Assembly (NCBI RefSeq): GCF_006345805.1
Contig: NC_043008.1
Coordinates: 48,670,001-48,734,000 of the forward strand
DNA: 64,000 nucleotides
Direction of reading: 5' to 3'
Source: Octopus sinensis
Taxonomy: Eukaryota
This document shows, piece by piece, positions 38,214-48,159 of this stretch. The position numbers and the translations under genes are program-made. The notes beneath the pieces are model-generated. The model worked only from the letters and a program-made list of their open reading frames with translations, searched no databases and was not told the DNA's origin. How positions within the stretch are numbered: the stretch's first letter is position 1; each line of letters opens with the position of its first letter.

Positions 38214-41200
38214 TAACCAATATTTAATTTTGAAGCTTTGCTATTTCCTCTGACAATTTTCATTAATTTTCACAGCAAATATTGTAAAATTTTCCGATGT
38301 ATCTTACTTTATCAGAAATATTTCTCTTCAGTATCTTATGAATAATGGTTAATTATATGAGAAACTGGTTTGCAATATAAACCAATTAGACAATCTTTCT
38401 TTCAACAATAAGTATTTGAAAGGAAAATAATAGAAAACAGACTGAAAATGTTCCACATTTCAATTAGATAAACTCAATATTTCCACAAGATCTGTTGAAA
38501 TGTTTTTCATTTTGTTTATGATGACTTTTATTTAAGTACAGAGGAAAGCACAGCAAGAAGGTAATATTAAATATTATATCTCCATCAGTCTTATCAACAA
38601 GCCAAACAGTCATATATATGGCGCCAATATATCTCTCTCACAGATCTCTCTCGCAAACACACACACACACACAATCTGCAGAATGAATAGACGTATGAAG
38701 AGGAAGAACAAACATGCTGCTTTAACAAAGAGAATCTTGCCTGCCTCTTTAGCGGGGAAGTCTATACGTGGTAACTCAAACTACAAGAAATACAAACCAA
38801 AAAAGGAAGGACACACAGAATAATGTAATCATCATTATTATCATCATGAAGGTCATGACCAGAAGGCTCCGATCCTAGGTTTGCTGGCTCAGAGTTGACA
38901 TGCAGTTAGACAACAAACAACAAGTATACAGCAACCACAACGTCCCATACACTGCACCACAGCAGTATTGGCACCAGTGGAATTTGGTGAGATCTGGGAA
39001 TCGTTGCATCTTGTGAAGACTGTTCCTTGAGTTGTTGGGCCGACCACACACACACACACACACGTCTTTTATCTCATTTCAGGCATCAGACTGTGGCCAT
39101 GCTGGAAGAATTTTTAGACAAGTGAATTGACCCGAGTCCTTTTGTTTTCAAGCCAGGTACTTATTTCTTCCTCTTGCCAAACGGCTAAGTTATGGGGACA
39201 TAAACACACCAACACCGGTTGTCAAGCGGTGCAAGGGGACAAACACAGACACAAAGATACAGATACATAGATATACAGAAATATATACATACGATGGGCC
39301 TCTTTCAAATTTCCGTCTACCAAATCCACTCACAAGGCTTTTGTTGGCCCAAGGCTAGTAGAAGACTTGCCCAAAATGCAATGCAATGGGATTGAACCCA
39401 AAACCATGTGGTTGGGAAGCAAGCTTCTTACCACACAGGCACGCATGTATATGTGTGTGTGTGTGTGTGTATATATATATTTATTGTGTAACAGTCATTA
39501 TTCTAATGAGTTATATCTAATTATCACCCAAAGAGACCCATCTACACTGCTGGATGCTCTCCTAAACCAGTTGATAAATATCCCATCCATAAGGGATCAA
39601 TTGATAGATGTGCTGAAACAATTGTAGTAATTAACCAGTAATTAAACAAGTGGATCCCATTATGCAAGTTACAATGAACTGCTGGTGGCCAAAGCTATGC
39701 CATATTAAAACACGATATGAAGTTCTACTTGAAATATCAGAATTCTGCCTCTTCAGCACACAGATTTACTTGGTTCAGTGCCATCGAGTCGTAGCTTGGG
39801 CAAATGTCATTAGGTTAAACAATATTTTGTGATGGAATTTGGTAGATGGAAGCTGAAAGAAGTTAGCCATATTTATGTGAGTGTGTGTGTGCATATGTAC
39901 ATATGTGAATGTTAAGAAAATTCCTCTGAGCCATAGCATCTCTCTTTCATCAATGGCTCGCAATTCAGCCTCAAATGGTGATGTCATTATTTGCAACTGG
40001 GTGGTAAGTGGCGACGTTGAGATTTCTTGTCATCAAATTGTTTTGCGAGATCTTTACTTTCAAATTTCACTGGGATAAAAAGCCCTTAATTGATGAAAAA
40101 CAGGTAAGGGTTAGTGAGCGGAAGTGCATCCTAGCATTAAATGAAACAGACAAACTAACAAAATAATTCCTCTGCAATGACATCAGATCCAAGTGAGTAT
40201 CAATGCTCCAGTTTATGGGGGCAGATTATCGATAAAGACCTTAATTTTCTATCAGTAGGTGTGCACAAGAAGTGAGATTATGTCAAAAAGGTGGGAAACA
40301 AAACGACTTACAAACACTGCTACATTTAGTACACAAAAGTACTTAACTTCGGTTAGTGACAGCTCTTTGGTTGGTAACACTGATTTCATATTTTGGCACA
40401 AGGAAGCAATTTTGAGGGCCGGGGTAAGTTGATTACATCGACCCCAGTGTTCAACTGGTACTTATTTTATTGATCCCCAGATGTGGGGAGAGGTAATGTT
40501 GACCTTGACATAGACAAATGAAATGCTGCTAAGCATAATGCCTCAGATGCTAACGAGCCAACCAGCTCACAAGGAGTTCTGTTATTTTTTTGTCATCTAA
40601 TTAGAACATGGTGAAGAATATTTCGATGAGAAAGAAGCTGAAAGAAATGTACAAGATTCCTATTGTTGTTGCATGTGGCAGCTCCTTTCTTGAAGACAGC
40701 TGGATATTAGTATCTGCGCCTGATGTGTAGCACCGAATGACATTAAACTAGGGAACTGACAGATTGCTTCAAAGGGGTCAAGATAGTACTTTGGCAAATC
40801 AGAACTACCAGAAAAATGACAGAGAGACAGAAATAGACAGAAATGAGAATGATGGGAACAGTTTGGGATGCTTGAATGGTCTAAAAATAGTTTTGCAGAA
40901 AATAGAAATAAATAGCACAGAAAATGAAGAGACCATTCCAAGCCTGAGCGACAAGAAAACAAATGAAACCAGGATAATAACTTTGATGATCTAATGAGAA
41001 GCTGAAGTGAAATGGGTGTTGACAACCAGGTGATGTGTGTGTGTGTGTGTGTGTGTGTTTATATAAAACAGTGTGTTTCTTTGAAATGTAAAGCTAAAGA
41101 GAGAAAAAAAACCAATAAAACAAACCTAAAAGGATTCTGATTGCCAAGGTATGTAATAGAATAAAAATATAGAGGATAGCCAGAGAGAAAGTGAGCTAAA

Positions 41201-41707
41201 GAAAGCAATAAAGAATTCTAAATATCAGGTGTAATTTTGACTGAGTCATAAGGTAAGAATTGAAGGGAGAAGTAATCTAGGCCAGTGGTAGATGGTAGTG
41301 AGAGCAGCAGATGTAAGCTGAAAAACTGATGAGAAAACACAAGTAAATCCGTTGATTTAAGAGGATGGCTATAAAACAGAAACAACCAGAAAGATAGAGA
41401 AAAGAAGAAAAGAAATATATTGTACAGACCAGACTAAACCTCTTCTAATTTTGTACGGCAATTGAGGGAAGGGGTTAGCAACAACAGATGATGGTGGCGA
41501 TGATAATGATGATGGTGGTGGTGGTGGTTTACCTGATTGTTTTTATACATCCACCAAATATCATAGGGGAGCTGAAAATCTGATACCTCTTCTCGCAAAT
41601 CTTTTCCTTCGTGGAGGGGAGCAGGAAGTGAGCCACGACCAAAGTTGCTAACTTGATGGAAGGTGGTTTTGTCTTTATTCCTCACTGTAGTTTTCCTGTT
41701 TTGTTGT
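3339..41707 (-). CDS. ASH1L: ASH1L/Ash1 histone-lysine N-methyltransferase (H3K36), 3' portion: 20 exons, about 968 aa; 5' exons outside window
   Basis: Manually spliced exons, all GT-AG with matching phases. Product reads FQLPYDIWW - AWS - SET ([18 protein letters not shown]) - post-SET ([10 protein letters not shown]) - bromodomain - PHD - BAH - [18 protein letters not shown]. This domain order and these motifs match ASH1L. Confidence 0.96.
4045..4268. mobile_element. Foldback/MITE element in the last ASH1L intron, arms about 85-90 bp
   Basis: agtaaag-ttgtttgccaacataacatggcagtcc-ggtttaggacgaatgtt at 4046 is mirrored by its reverse complement ending at 4267. Inner arms are also complementary. 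Confidence 0.85.
4295..4560 (-). mobile_element. Family C repeat: RTE-type 3' tail / SINE ending in (GAT)n
   Basis: catcatc...ttccacgctagcatgggttggacggttcgacc...ctacagctggatgcccttcctaacgccaacc. Confidence 0.75.
5699..6007 (-). CDS. ASH1L: ASH1L exon [12 protein letters not shown]...Q16-P-Q7...[16 protein letters not shown]
   Basis: ORF 5615..6019, gttcag acceptor, AAG|gtaaac donor, 309 nt, phase 0 to 0. PH.VP..YKR motif. Confidence 0.92.
5789..5860 (-). repeat. ASH1L: Coding CAG/CAA repeat encoding Q16-P-Q7
   Basis: (CTG)n on the plus strand inside exon 5699-6007. Confidence 0.9.
6180..6365 (+). mobile_element. tRNA-derived SINE family A
   Basis: A-box-like tggcagaaacgttagc, B-box-like gagttcaaattcc, body gtcgactttgcctttcatcctttcggggtcg. 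Confidence 0.8.
7077..7149 (-). CDS. ASH1L: ASH1L exon (R)[24 protein letters not shown]
   Basis: gtctag acceptor, TCA|gtaagt donor, 73 nt. YPV.TK.Y.FD.F..L.PK motif. Confidence 0.92.
8996..9177 (-). CDS. ASH1L: ASH1L exon, BAH C-part [49 protein letters not shown]...
   Basis: ttacag acceptor, AG|gtaaac donor, 182 nt. Confidence 0.95.
9526..9724. mobile_element. hAT-Charlie-type MITE
   Basis: Ends CAGTGATTCTGAAA and TTTGGGAACCACGG. 8-bp flanks gtgcagaa and gtctagaa fit a degenerate NTCTAGAN TSD. Confidence 0.65.
10093..10177 (-). CDS. ASH1L: ASH1L exon, [31 protein letters not shown]
   Basis: tttgcag acceptor, GAG|gtaatt donor, 85 nt. Confidence 0.95.
10392..10570 (+). mobile_element. 5'-truncated RTE-like LINE 3' end
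   Basis: Translates [14 protein letters not shown](fs)[41 protein letters not shown] followed by a (TGA)n tail. Confidence 0.7.
10794..11029 (-). CDS. ASH1L: ASH1L exon, BAH N-part EILMVPQP...GDCAYVMRD...[14 protein letters not shown]
   Basis: ORF 10790..11020, ttgtag acceptor, AA|gtaagt donor, 236 nt. Confidence 0.95.
11440..12090 (-). mobile_element. Decayed RTE LINE C-terminal fragments
   Basis: [17 protein letters not shown] and [16 protein letters not shown] resemble LNVEDMRRLERNE and LREKLGIRGIRCxVQERRLRW. Confidence 0.5.
12123..12209 (-). CDS. ASH1L: ASH1L exon, PHD C-part [29 protein letters not shown]
   Basis: ctgcag acceptor, AAG|gtaaga donor, 87 nt. Confidence 0.95.
12843..13185 (-). 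mobile_element. tRNA-derived SINE family B (head + CA/TA tract + second module)
   Basis: Reverse complement head tgtgtggtaagtagcttgcttaccaaccacatggttccgggttcagtccc; tail tcaaatgactgaaac. Confidence 0.8.
13921..14012 (-). CDS. ASH1L: ASH1L exon, PHD N-part [25 protein letters not shown]
   Basis: cttcag acceptor, TTT|gtaagt donor, 92 nt, IRCIC...DEGLMIQC motif. Confidence 0.95.
14202..14422 (+). mobile_element. SINE family A, diverged
   Basis: Same head and ttgcctttcatcctttt body. Confidence 0.7.
15359..15536 (-). CDS. ASH1L: ASH1L exon, bromodomain end [24 protein letters not shown]...
   Basis: ttgtag acceptor, G|gtaaag donor, 178 nt, overlaps ORF 15309..15500. Confidence 0.92.
16173..16390 (+). 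mobile_element. SINE family A
   Basis: gagctggcagaaccattagc...gagttcaaattccactgaggtc...aagtaccagttg. Confidence 0.75.
16603..17135 (+). mobile_element. SINE family B
   Basis: gagtggctctgtggtaagaagcttgcttcc...cttagtggtttggcaaa...gcatggctacagtcaaatgact. Confidence 0.75.
17159..17346 (-). CDS. ASH1L: ASH1L exon, bromodomain core ...[24 protein letters not shown]...LFRNSE
   Basis: ccccag acceptor, GAG|gtgagt donor, 188 nt, PDYY..I..P.D motif. Confidence 0.95.
18336..18433 (-). CDS. ASH1L: ASH1L exon [32 protein letters not shown] (bromodomain helix Z)
   Basis: cccag acceptor, A|gtaagt donor, 98 nt, LAQ.FK motif. Confidence 0.92.
18923..18977 (-). CDS. ASH1L: ASH1L 55-nt exon (D)[17 protein letters not shown](R)
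   Basis: tttgcag acceptor, AG|gtaaat donor, phase 1 to 2. Resembles the pre-bromodomain FLT..TAL.T.RSVKTR segment. Confidence 0.88.
19400..19593. mobile_element. Second copy of the hAT-Charlie-type MITE, opposite orientation to 9526-9724
   Basis: Reverse complement aligns with 9558-9724 (ccacacccccaaaaagtaaaac...gaaaaatttattatat). Flanks agtcttgt and agtttagt. Confidence 0.62.
20572..20797 (-). CDS. ASH1L: ASH1L exon AKSAQD...[27 protein letters not shown]...SKT
   Basis: ORF 20564..20878. [16 protein letters not shown] is conserved in ASH1L. Acceptor gtcaag, donor G|gtgggt (phase 1 needed to join the next exon). Confidence 0.88.
20888..21072. repeat. Compound (TA)n/(CA)n microsatellite
   Basis: Direct reading. 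Similar tracts at 1915-2032 and 27590-27840. Confidence 0.9.
21323..21487 (-). CDS. ASH1L: ASH1L exon, post-[19 protein letters not shown]...[22 protein letters not shown]
   Basis: ctcag acceptor, AAA|gtgagt donor, 165 nt, phase 0 to 0, CxC..C post-SET motif. Confidence 0.93.
21652..21760 (-). CDS. ASH1L: ASH1L exon, SET C-part (W)[36 protein letters not shown]
   Basis: gacag acceptor, CAG|gtaaga donor, 109 nt, ExTYDY motif. Confidence 0.95.
22375..22550 (-). mobile_element. Family C repeat, young copy
   Basis: About 90% similar to 4315-4500. More copies at about 590-800 (+), 6765-6905, 11155-11335, 18050-18290, 58460-58592, 59218-59380, 60415-60620 and 61945-62050. Confidence 0.75.
22869..23067 (-). 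CDS. ASH1L: ASH1L exon, SET core [12 protein letters not shown]...[15 protein letters not shown]
   Basis: ORF 22865..23077, tttcag acceptor, TG|gtaaga donor, 199 nt, canonical NHSC motif. Confidence 0.97.
23240..23510 (+). mobile_element. Helentron/DINE-like (HINE-type) non-autonomous element fragment
   Basis: Starts tactacc.cccgccttagtgaaggcagaggtattgttttc, then a (GTTT)n-gtcc core and gatatctcaagaacc...ggattcggatgaaactttcaggg. This architecture is typical of DINE/HINE elements. Confidence 0.55.
24050..24204 (-). CDS. ASH1L: ASH1L exon, AWS C-part and SET start [25 protein letters not shown]...GYGVRS
   Basis: ORF 23871..24203, ttttag acceptor, G|gtaagt donor, 155 nt. Confidence 0.95.
25916..26021 (-). 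CDS. ASH1L: ASH1L exon, AWS N-part [34 protein letters not shown](R)
   Basis: tttag acceptor, AG|gtaagt donor, 106 nt, phase 1 to 2, AWS cysteine pattern. Confidence 0.93.
27491..27536 (-). CDS. ASH1L: ASH1L 46-nt exon [15 protein letters not shown](N)
   Basis: ttttgcag acceptor, A|gtaagt donor, phase 0 to 1. Matches the pre-AWS YKKIRSN segment and joins both neighbours in frame. Confidence 0.9.
28509..28658. mobile_element. Diverged inverted copy of the piggyBac-type MITE at 50648
   Basis: Shares ccatatcc.acctctcacacc.accctacaatg.cattctaaaaa with the reverse complement of 50648-50816. Ends gctaaagg|ataa. Confidence 0.55.
28755..28892. repeat. Inverted repeat, arms about 45 bp, 46-nt loop
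   Basis: atatattaatattgataataataaagagtatggaaacttgtaca versus the reverse complement of tgtacaggtctccatactctttattattattaatattaatatat; 3 mismatches by eye. Confidence 0.85.
30045..30250. repeat. Three-unit minisatellite ttgtatttgtacatgtata(CA)n(TA)n
   Basis: Core occurs at about 30064, 30142 and 30201. Confidence 0.9.
31085..31300 (+). mobile_element. RTE LINE endonuclease N-terminal remnant
   Basis: [16 protein letters not shown] resembles the [21 protein letters not shown] motif. Confidence 0.55.
31776..32325. mobile_element. About 550-bp interspersed repeat flanked by (TTA)n tracts (family D)
   Basis: Reverse complement matches 63556-64000 along its length, e.g. ccccaaagaattcctctcaacac and ccatgagagccactg. 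Confidence 0.7.
32350..32610 (+). mobile_element. RTE LINE reverse-transcriptase remnant
   Basis: RGLKLVE...[28 protein letters not shown] resembles RGxKL...RQLQEKYLAKNKPLYxAFVDLEKAFDRV. Confidence 0.7.
33175..33265. repeat. Long (CG)n-(CA)n microsatellite
   Basis: Direct reading. Similar tracts at 38150-38212 and 47473-47548. Confidence 0.9.
33285..33560 (+). mobile_element. RTE LINE C-terminal remnant with duplicated EGTC.R motif
   Basis: [33 protein letters not shown], and two copies of gatggagggaacatgt. Confidence 0.6.
34670..35270 (-). mobile_element. Cluster of three head-to-tail SINE family A copies
   Basis: Repeated aaattttggcacaaggccagca...ccccagtg...ctggtac...tgaaagga at about 34670, 34925 and 35082. 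Confidence 0.7.
39065..39440 (-). mobile_element. SINE family B
   Basis: Same modules as 12843-13185. Confidence 0.78.
40380..40565 (-). mobile_element. SINE family A
   Basis: ttttggcacaagg...gattacatcgaccccagtgttcaactggtacttattttattgatcccc. Confidence 0.7.
41533..41707 (-). CDS. ASH1L: ASH1L exon (first found in window): QQNRK...[34 protein letters not shown], with FQLP MRG15-binding motif
   Basis: Polypyrimidine acceptor ttccag, donor CAG|gtaaac, 175 nt, phase 2 to 0. LPAP..GK.LR....DFQLPYDI is conserved in ASH1L. Confidence 0.93.
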
Positions 41708-42009
41708 CTGGAATTTGGAAAAAAAAACAAAAGAGAAAATAAATACAAAAGTTAAATATTTGACAATAAAGAAAATAATTTACAAATGTGTTTAAGATCT
41801 GACAGTTATTGCTTCATTAAGTTTGTGTCTGATAAGATATTGCAACAAGAAATACTCCAAAACAGTTAATCATGAAGAAATCAATAAATATGAAGAATAT
41901 AATGGAACTTCTCCCAAGATGGTTGCTTCAGCTGACCATTATTCCGCTCAGGGACATCATGTGGTCATGGCAAACACGGTAGACCAATATTAGATTCCTG
42001 ATATCTTTT

Positions 42010-42400
42010 ATCTTTTACTGGTTCATTCATTAGACTGCGGCCAGGCTGGGGCAACACCTTGAAGAAGTTTCAGCAGAATGAATTGACCCCAGGGTTTTAT
42101 TTTTTTAAAGCCTGGTGCTAAATCGATTAGTCTCTTTTGTGGAACTGATGTTACGAGGACATAAACACACCAACACTGGTTGTCAAGTTGTGCGGTGGTG
42201 GTGGTGGGGGCAATCACAAACACAAAGACATACACACACATGACGGGCTTCTTTCAGTTTCCGTCTACCAAATCCACTCACAAGGCTTTGGCTGGACTGA
42301 GGCTACAGTAGAAGACACTTGCCCAAGGTGCCATCATGCAGTGGGACTGAACTTGGAACCATGTGGTTGGGAAGCAAACTTTTCACCACATAGCCATGCT
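42010..42400 (-). mobile_element. SINE family B
   Basis: Same modules as 12843-13185. Confidence 0.78.
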
Positions 42401-43985
42401 CATGTGTAAATCTATCATTTCAGAGGTTTCTGAGATGAAATAAGTACGATATCACCTCCACACACACACACACACACACACACACCAGGTTTGTCTCAGC
42501 AACAAACCATTAACTGAAAGCCGAGTGAGTGGAATGACGAAGTGCTGGTGTTCTTGGCCCGTGGGTTAAACTTGAGGGGGAAAAAAGTATTTAACTGAGT
42601 CTGCACCAGTTTAAACTAGACAACAAGGGCGAGACATCTTGGTGGCATTAAATTGACTGGATAATTGCCTATCTACAACACACAGCAGCATGCTCTTTGC
42701 ATTTTCGTACAATGTATATAGGGCATGGCCATAAGCTCTCAAACCTCCCCAGTCACAGCTACACATCCTGGCCTTTTGCCAAATTTGTCAACTTCTTCTA
42801 TCATCCATCATTCCGTAACTTAGACACTTCCAGTAGCAATGCCCCTGCAGTTATAGACATCATATTTGTTCATGCTTTATAAAGTCGATTTAAGCACACG
42901 CAAACATCATACAAACACACATTTTCAATCTATGCCAGCATGGGAAATACAGAGAGAGAGAAGGATGACGTGTGTGTGTGTGTGTGTATAAAGGTGAAAC
43001 AGCTCCATAATTATGGCATTGAATTAAAGGTTTGATGATCCATTGCAAAAAATTTCTTGTGTTACTTTATTCTACATACCCTAGTTCACCCTTAACAAAT
43101 TGATTTCTTATCTAAGACCACTATTTTAGGAAGAATTTTCTGTTTACAGAATTAACAACCCCAGTACATGACTGGTACTTTACTGACGTGGTAGGGAAAA
43201 AAAAAAATGAAGTTGGTTCTTGTGGTATTTTAGCGACACCATTACCTTTCACTTCTGCCAAAATTACAGCTTAAAATAACAAATTTTTAGAAAAAGAGAG
43301 AATAAGATTTTATGATGTTCATGCTTTTCTCAACAGCAGAAGTGGCATAAATAAAATGGCCAGAATATTAATAATTTCTTTTGACAATGTTTTTGTGGAG
43401 AGGCACAAAATTCATTGAATTAATTCGATACCTGTTATTGATACTTTGTCCTGGGTGAAGGAAGAGAGAAGTTGACCCCAGCAGGAGTTGAACCCAGAAT
43501 TGATAAGTAAAACACAACTGAATCCCAGTGTCTAAACAATACAGTGTGGCTGGCAGAGTGGTGAGTCTACCAGACAGTCAACCAAATGGTCAGAAGTTTG
43601 CATCCTGTAACCCTGTGTTGTATCCGTAGCTGAGAACCCCTGCCAATTGGCTTAGTCCAATTTGCTATAAAGAGGGAGCTAAGACAACTGGTTCTGTCCA
43701 CTTTGATGCAACTAATTTGTTAGCTTGCAGTGCTGAGTTCAAATCCCCAAGTGATCATATATTGGACCAGAATTCCCCAATAATCTCAGTTTGCCATGAC
43801 ATTTGTAAATAGGTTGATACCACACTAAACATAGCAGACACAAGCACTCCTCACCACATGGGCACTTTTCTTTTATATCAGCAGGTACAGCTCCTACTAC
43901 AAACATGGAACATAACCACCACCACTACCATTGAGGACATGGAGGATAGCCAACAGTGCCAACATGGAGGATAACTTCAAAAGAT

Positions 43986-44201
43986 GGAGAGCTGGCAGAA
44001 ACGTTAGCACGCCGGGCGAAATGCTTAGCGGTATTTCGTCTGCCGTTATGTTCTGAGTTCAAATTCCGCCGAGGTCGACTTTGCCTTTCATCCTTTCGGG
44101 GTCGATTAAATAAGTACCAGTTACGCACTGGGAGTCGATATAGTCGACTTAATACCTATGTCTGTCCTTGTTTGTCCCCTCTATGTTTAGCCCCTTGTGG
44201 G
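43986..44201 (+). mobile_element. Young SINE family A copy
   Basis: Full length, CpG-retaining, intact A and B boxes. Confidence 0.85.
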
Positions 44202-47200
44202 TAAAGGTATTTTGCCTGTCTTTTGGCCACAGCTTGCTCAATCAGAATTTACCTGGGGCTAAATAACAATAACATGAATAAAAATTAAAATATTCTTATA
44301 AGTTATTGATGAACATTAACAAGTGGTGCAACAAGTGATAAAATTTTTAAATTGAGGAGGAGTGGTCATCATTGGAAAAAGAAGGTGGAAGAGGATAAAG
44401 CATTAAAGAATGCTTAAGTTTCTCATAAAGTTATTAATAAAGTTAATAAAATCCTGTGCCAGACACACAAAACCTCAGAATGGATTTTAATATAATGAAA
44501 AATAATTGCTAAAGATAGATATGAAGTTAGGTCATCCATAAATAGATGGAGGAGCCAAGAAAGAAAGAAAGAAAAAAAAAAAGAAACGTTTCAGCGGAAT
44601 GGTTAAAATCTTAGGAAAAAGAAACTGGTAACCCTGAAATCATTGAAGGGTGAATGGAAATGGAAGTCATAGCAGGTTCTGGTTTCCGAGATCCTTGTCT
44701 ACAAAAGCCATCAGACATTGTTAGCAGCAAATGGCAACAACACTCATCCGACTGATTCTAGTGTTATGAATAGCAGCCAAAAACAATAATTGACTGAGGA
44801 AAAAAGAGGAGGGGAAGGAAAGAGAGAGAGAGAGAGTGTGCATGGCAGAAATAGAGAAAGTAAGAGAGGAGAGGACAAAAGAAAAGGAGGAGAGGAAAAA
44901 AAAAGAGAAAGAAAGGAAAGAAGGCAGTGGAAAGAAAGAAGTATGAAGGAAGAATGAAAGAAAGAGAGACAGAATGAAGAATTTCTATTTGATATTTTCA
45001 ATTCCTGCAAATCAACACTGTCTCAATTTGGTTTTCCTTTTCAGCAAATTAATGGAGTTTATTTTTCCTGTTCAATCTATTGATATTGCCTTTTGTCGAT
45101 TGTTTATACTTGTTTGGTGTGTGTGCTTTTTTTTTGTATTTGATGCTTCTTTCTTTATAGCATCTAAATCTGATAATTATAGTGTTTGCCTTGTTTCGCT
45201 TGGCTTTATTTATTCTCTTCTCACCACCACCACCACCACCTCAGTCCTCGCTCTTATTCCATTGAATACAATTTTGTTACTAGAATAGCCGAGGTTCAAC
45301 TAATATTTATTTTATTTTATCATCCAAGTCAATAGTTAGCAACTATTGTAATGAATTCAACAGGAAAAGACTAATTGTATTATCTCTTATCGCAATATTA
45401 TCTTGAGGTTATCATGGCTGATTTGACAGCCATCTCCAATCAGCAGCAAAATAGCTCAATTTTCTTACTTAATTGACTGTCTAATGATTTAGCTGAATTA
45501 ACACTGGATATTTTACAGGTGCCTTAAGATTAATTCCAAATTTGGTTAACACCTTCCTCTCCTGGCAGTTAATATAATGTTCACCCCTCAAGGAGCTTAA
45601 CTTCATAATTTATCTCTAACCCATTCGCATTCATTAAACTGAAACCAGTGACAAAGCCTCTAGGAGGTCACTGGATCTGTTAAAAATAGCAGTAAAATCT
45701 TCTTCAAACGACAGTTTGCCATTGGATAATGTCGTCCTACAGACACCATGTCTGTGAAGAGGAGAAAGTACCAAAGATCATAGTCCTGCTTAATTAGAGT
45801 AGAACTAAAGCTAAACATGTTAGGCCTAAATTAACGACTTTCTATCCGTAGCTGCTCCACCTACTTCTATGAAGCAACTCTAAACTTTTTGGGAAATGGT
45901 AAGGGAAGGATTGTGCTCATGGCCTTGACAGGTCTTGCAGAAGCAGCCAGAGCAATATGGTTGATGCTATTCTTGAACAACTGCAAGATGAGAGCTGTAG
46001 TATCAAAACATTGAGAGGCAATGAGTTGTAGTAGAAAGAAGGTTGGTTTCTGGGGCAGGAATGACTGAATCAGGTGGTGGTTATGAGTTCAGCCAGCTCC
46101 AAGAAGCACAGACTACTCTGCTGGAGGTGAAGACATTTGTATATCTATGGGACAGAAGTTGGAAAATGTTCACGGTTAACTCTATGTCAATTATGACCAT
46201 TTATTGGATGCAGTGAAGACTTATCTGTATGTGTAATAAGAATGGCACATCTGTGATGCAGAGGCTAGAGTATGGCAGTGAATGACTCTATATCAATCGT
46301 AACCACTTGAAGTTTGCCTACAACTAACAAGGAATAAAATACTAACCAAACAATTCTTTTAAACTTTTTCAACGGAATAAATCTATAGATTTTAGTTACC
46401 ACAACACTCGCACAAAGTTTAATTAAATTAGGTAAATACACAAGTGACCACTGTCTGTCCTGTTTATATAACTTCACTGTAGACAGGAAGTGACCAACTG
46501 GACAGCTGGTCCCAGTACCTTTATAGTCCCACCAGTAGTTGCTAACGCCACATGAACTGCCCCATGTGAACTTAGGAACAATAAACACTGTTGATTCATC
46601 AGTTATTCGTTAATTAGTTATTTCAATGTCATCATTTCAAATTAGACAGAATTGACCAATTTTACTCCTCTTTTGCAGACATACACATATGCAAATATAT
46701 TCACTCAGTAACTAGAACGACACAAAGCTGTATCCAACCATGGCCTCTTCTACAACACTTACAACTGCTTCACTGCCAGAATTTGTTCATTTCACAGTTT
46801 TCCAAACCAATGTAAAAACTTACTTTCGACCCCGCTTTCTGTCCCTTACCTTCCAAACCATACAATTTTGATTCAATTCTTTCTCCATTTGGGACCTTTT
46901 CTCTCTTAAACATACCAGTGTCATCAAGTCACTCATCATACACACCCATGTTTGTGTGTGTGCGTGTGTGTGTATACAGGAGTAAAAGACTCCACTTAAT
47001 CTGAAAACATTTATTGACGTTTCCAGCGGCAAAAAGCTGAATCTCGTTGATGGAGCTTAATAAACAACATCTTCTGTGAATCAATCAACCTCCCTTCAAC
47101 TTACTTTATTTGTCTCTTGAATGAGGACATCGTAAAGCAGCGAGGACCCTATTTTGCAATGCAGGGTAAATAGCAACATCTTTAGTACTCATTCCACGAC

Positions 47201-47469
47201 AAAATGCACCCAAGTACACCCAGTGAGGTGGTTGCTGTTAGAAAGGGCATCAGCAGTGTGGCTTTCAATGAAACAGTGACATAGTTCACAGCCTTGCTTC
47301 AATATTTTCTCATAAAACTATTGTATTTTTATCTACAACACAAACTGACGACAGTGAATATCTCAGATTAAATGTAACAATGTCCTCCATGCTATAAGCC
47401 AAGTTCATTCCATAAAGAAATAAAAACTGTGAATCTTATTCTTTGCCTTGTTTTATTATCTTTTTGTAC

Positions 47470-47520
<51 letters not shown>

Positions 47521-47642
47521 CACACACAACACACACACACACACACAGAGAAAAAGGGGAGAATATTAGAACAAGAATCTGAATGAATTTGCAGTGGTAG
47601 TAATCCTATAAAATCATATCCTAAGTTTCTTAATCACTCCAA

Positions 47643-47669
<27 letters not shown>

Positions 47670-47677
<8 letters not shown>

Positions 47678-47788
47678 TGATAATAACGACAACAACAACA
47701 ACAACAATAAGTCATTCAGGAGGATCATCATCATCATCCTGAATGACTTATTGTTGTTGTTGTTGTTGTCGTTATTATCATCATTATT
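47670..47788. repeat. Perfect 52-bp inverted repeat with 15-nt spacer
   Basis: 47670-47721 is the exact reverse complement of 47737-47788, including identical (CAA)6 length. Confidence 0.92.
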
Positions 47789-48159
47789 TGGCTAATTTAA
47801 ATATTCTGCTGACAGACATCATAAGCATAGTTGAGAAAGCAGTGGAGGAGGAGTAAGAGTCTGTGAAGCTGTTATAATTTACAGTTTCCATTAGAAGAAC
47901 AAGAGTCAGGGGGAAAGATATAGGTTTCTAAGAATGATAGGAGTCAATTAGAATAGCTTAGTCACTACAGCTTTCCCTCTTAGTTACACTAATAGTATAC
48001 AACTATATATATATGTATATATATTACATGAAACAAGATAGAAACAGCACAGGCAATTATAGCAGCATGGCAACAAGAGAGGTTATTAGTATATGAGACA
48101 GCCACAGTACATGTAGCAGAGCAGTGTTCTAGTTGTAGCAACATGGTCTAAGTAAATAT

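Noticed and set aside
38307-38333. 27-nt segment ILKRNISDK with a gtaaga donor
   Set aside because: Poor acceptor; the true linker exon was found at 27491-27536.
46820-46925. Open minus-strand stretch ending QKAGSK|gtaagt, resembling the missing QKAGL motif
   Set aside because: An upstream in-frame stop precedes any usable acceptor, it has the wrong phase for exon 41707, and it lacks KKY and LxS.
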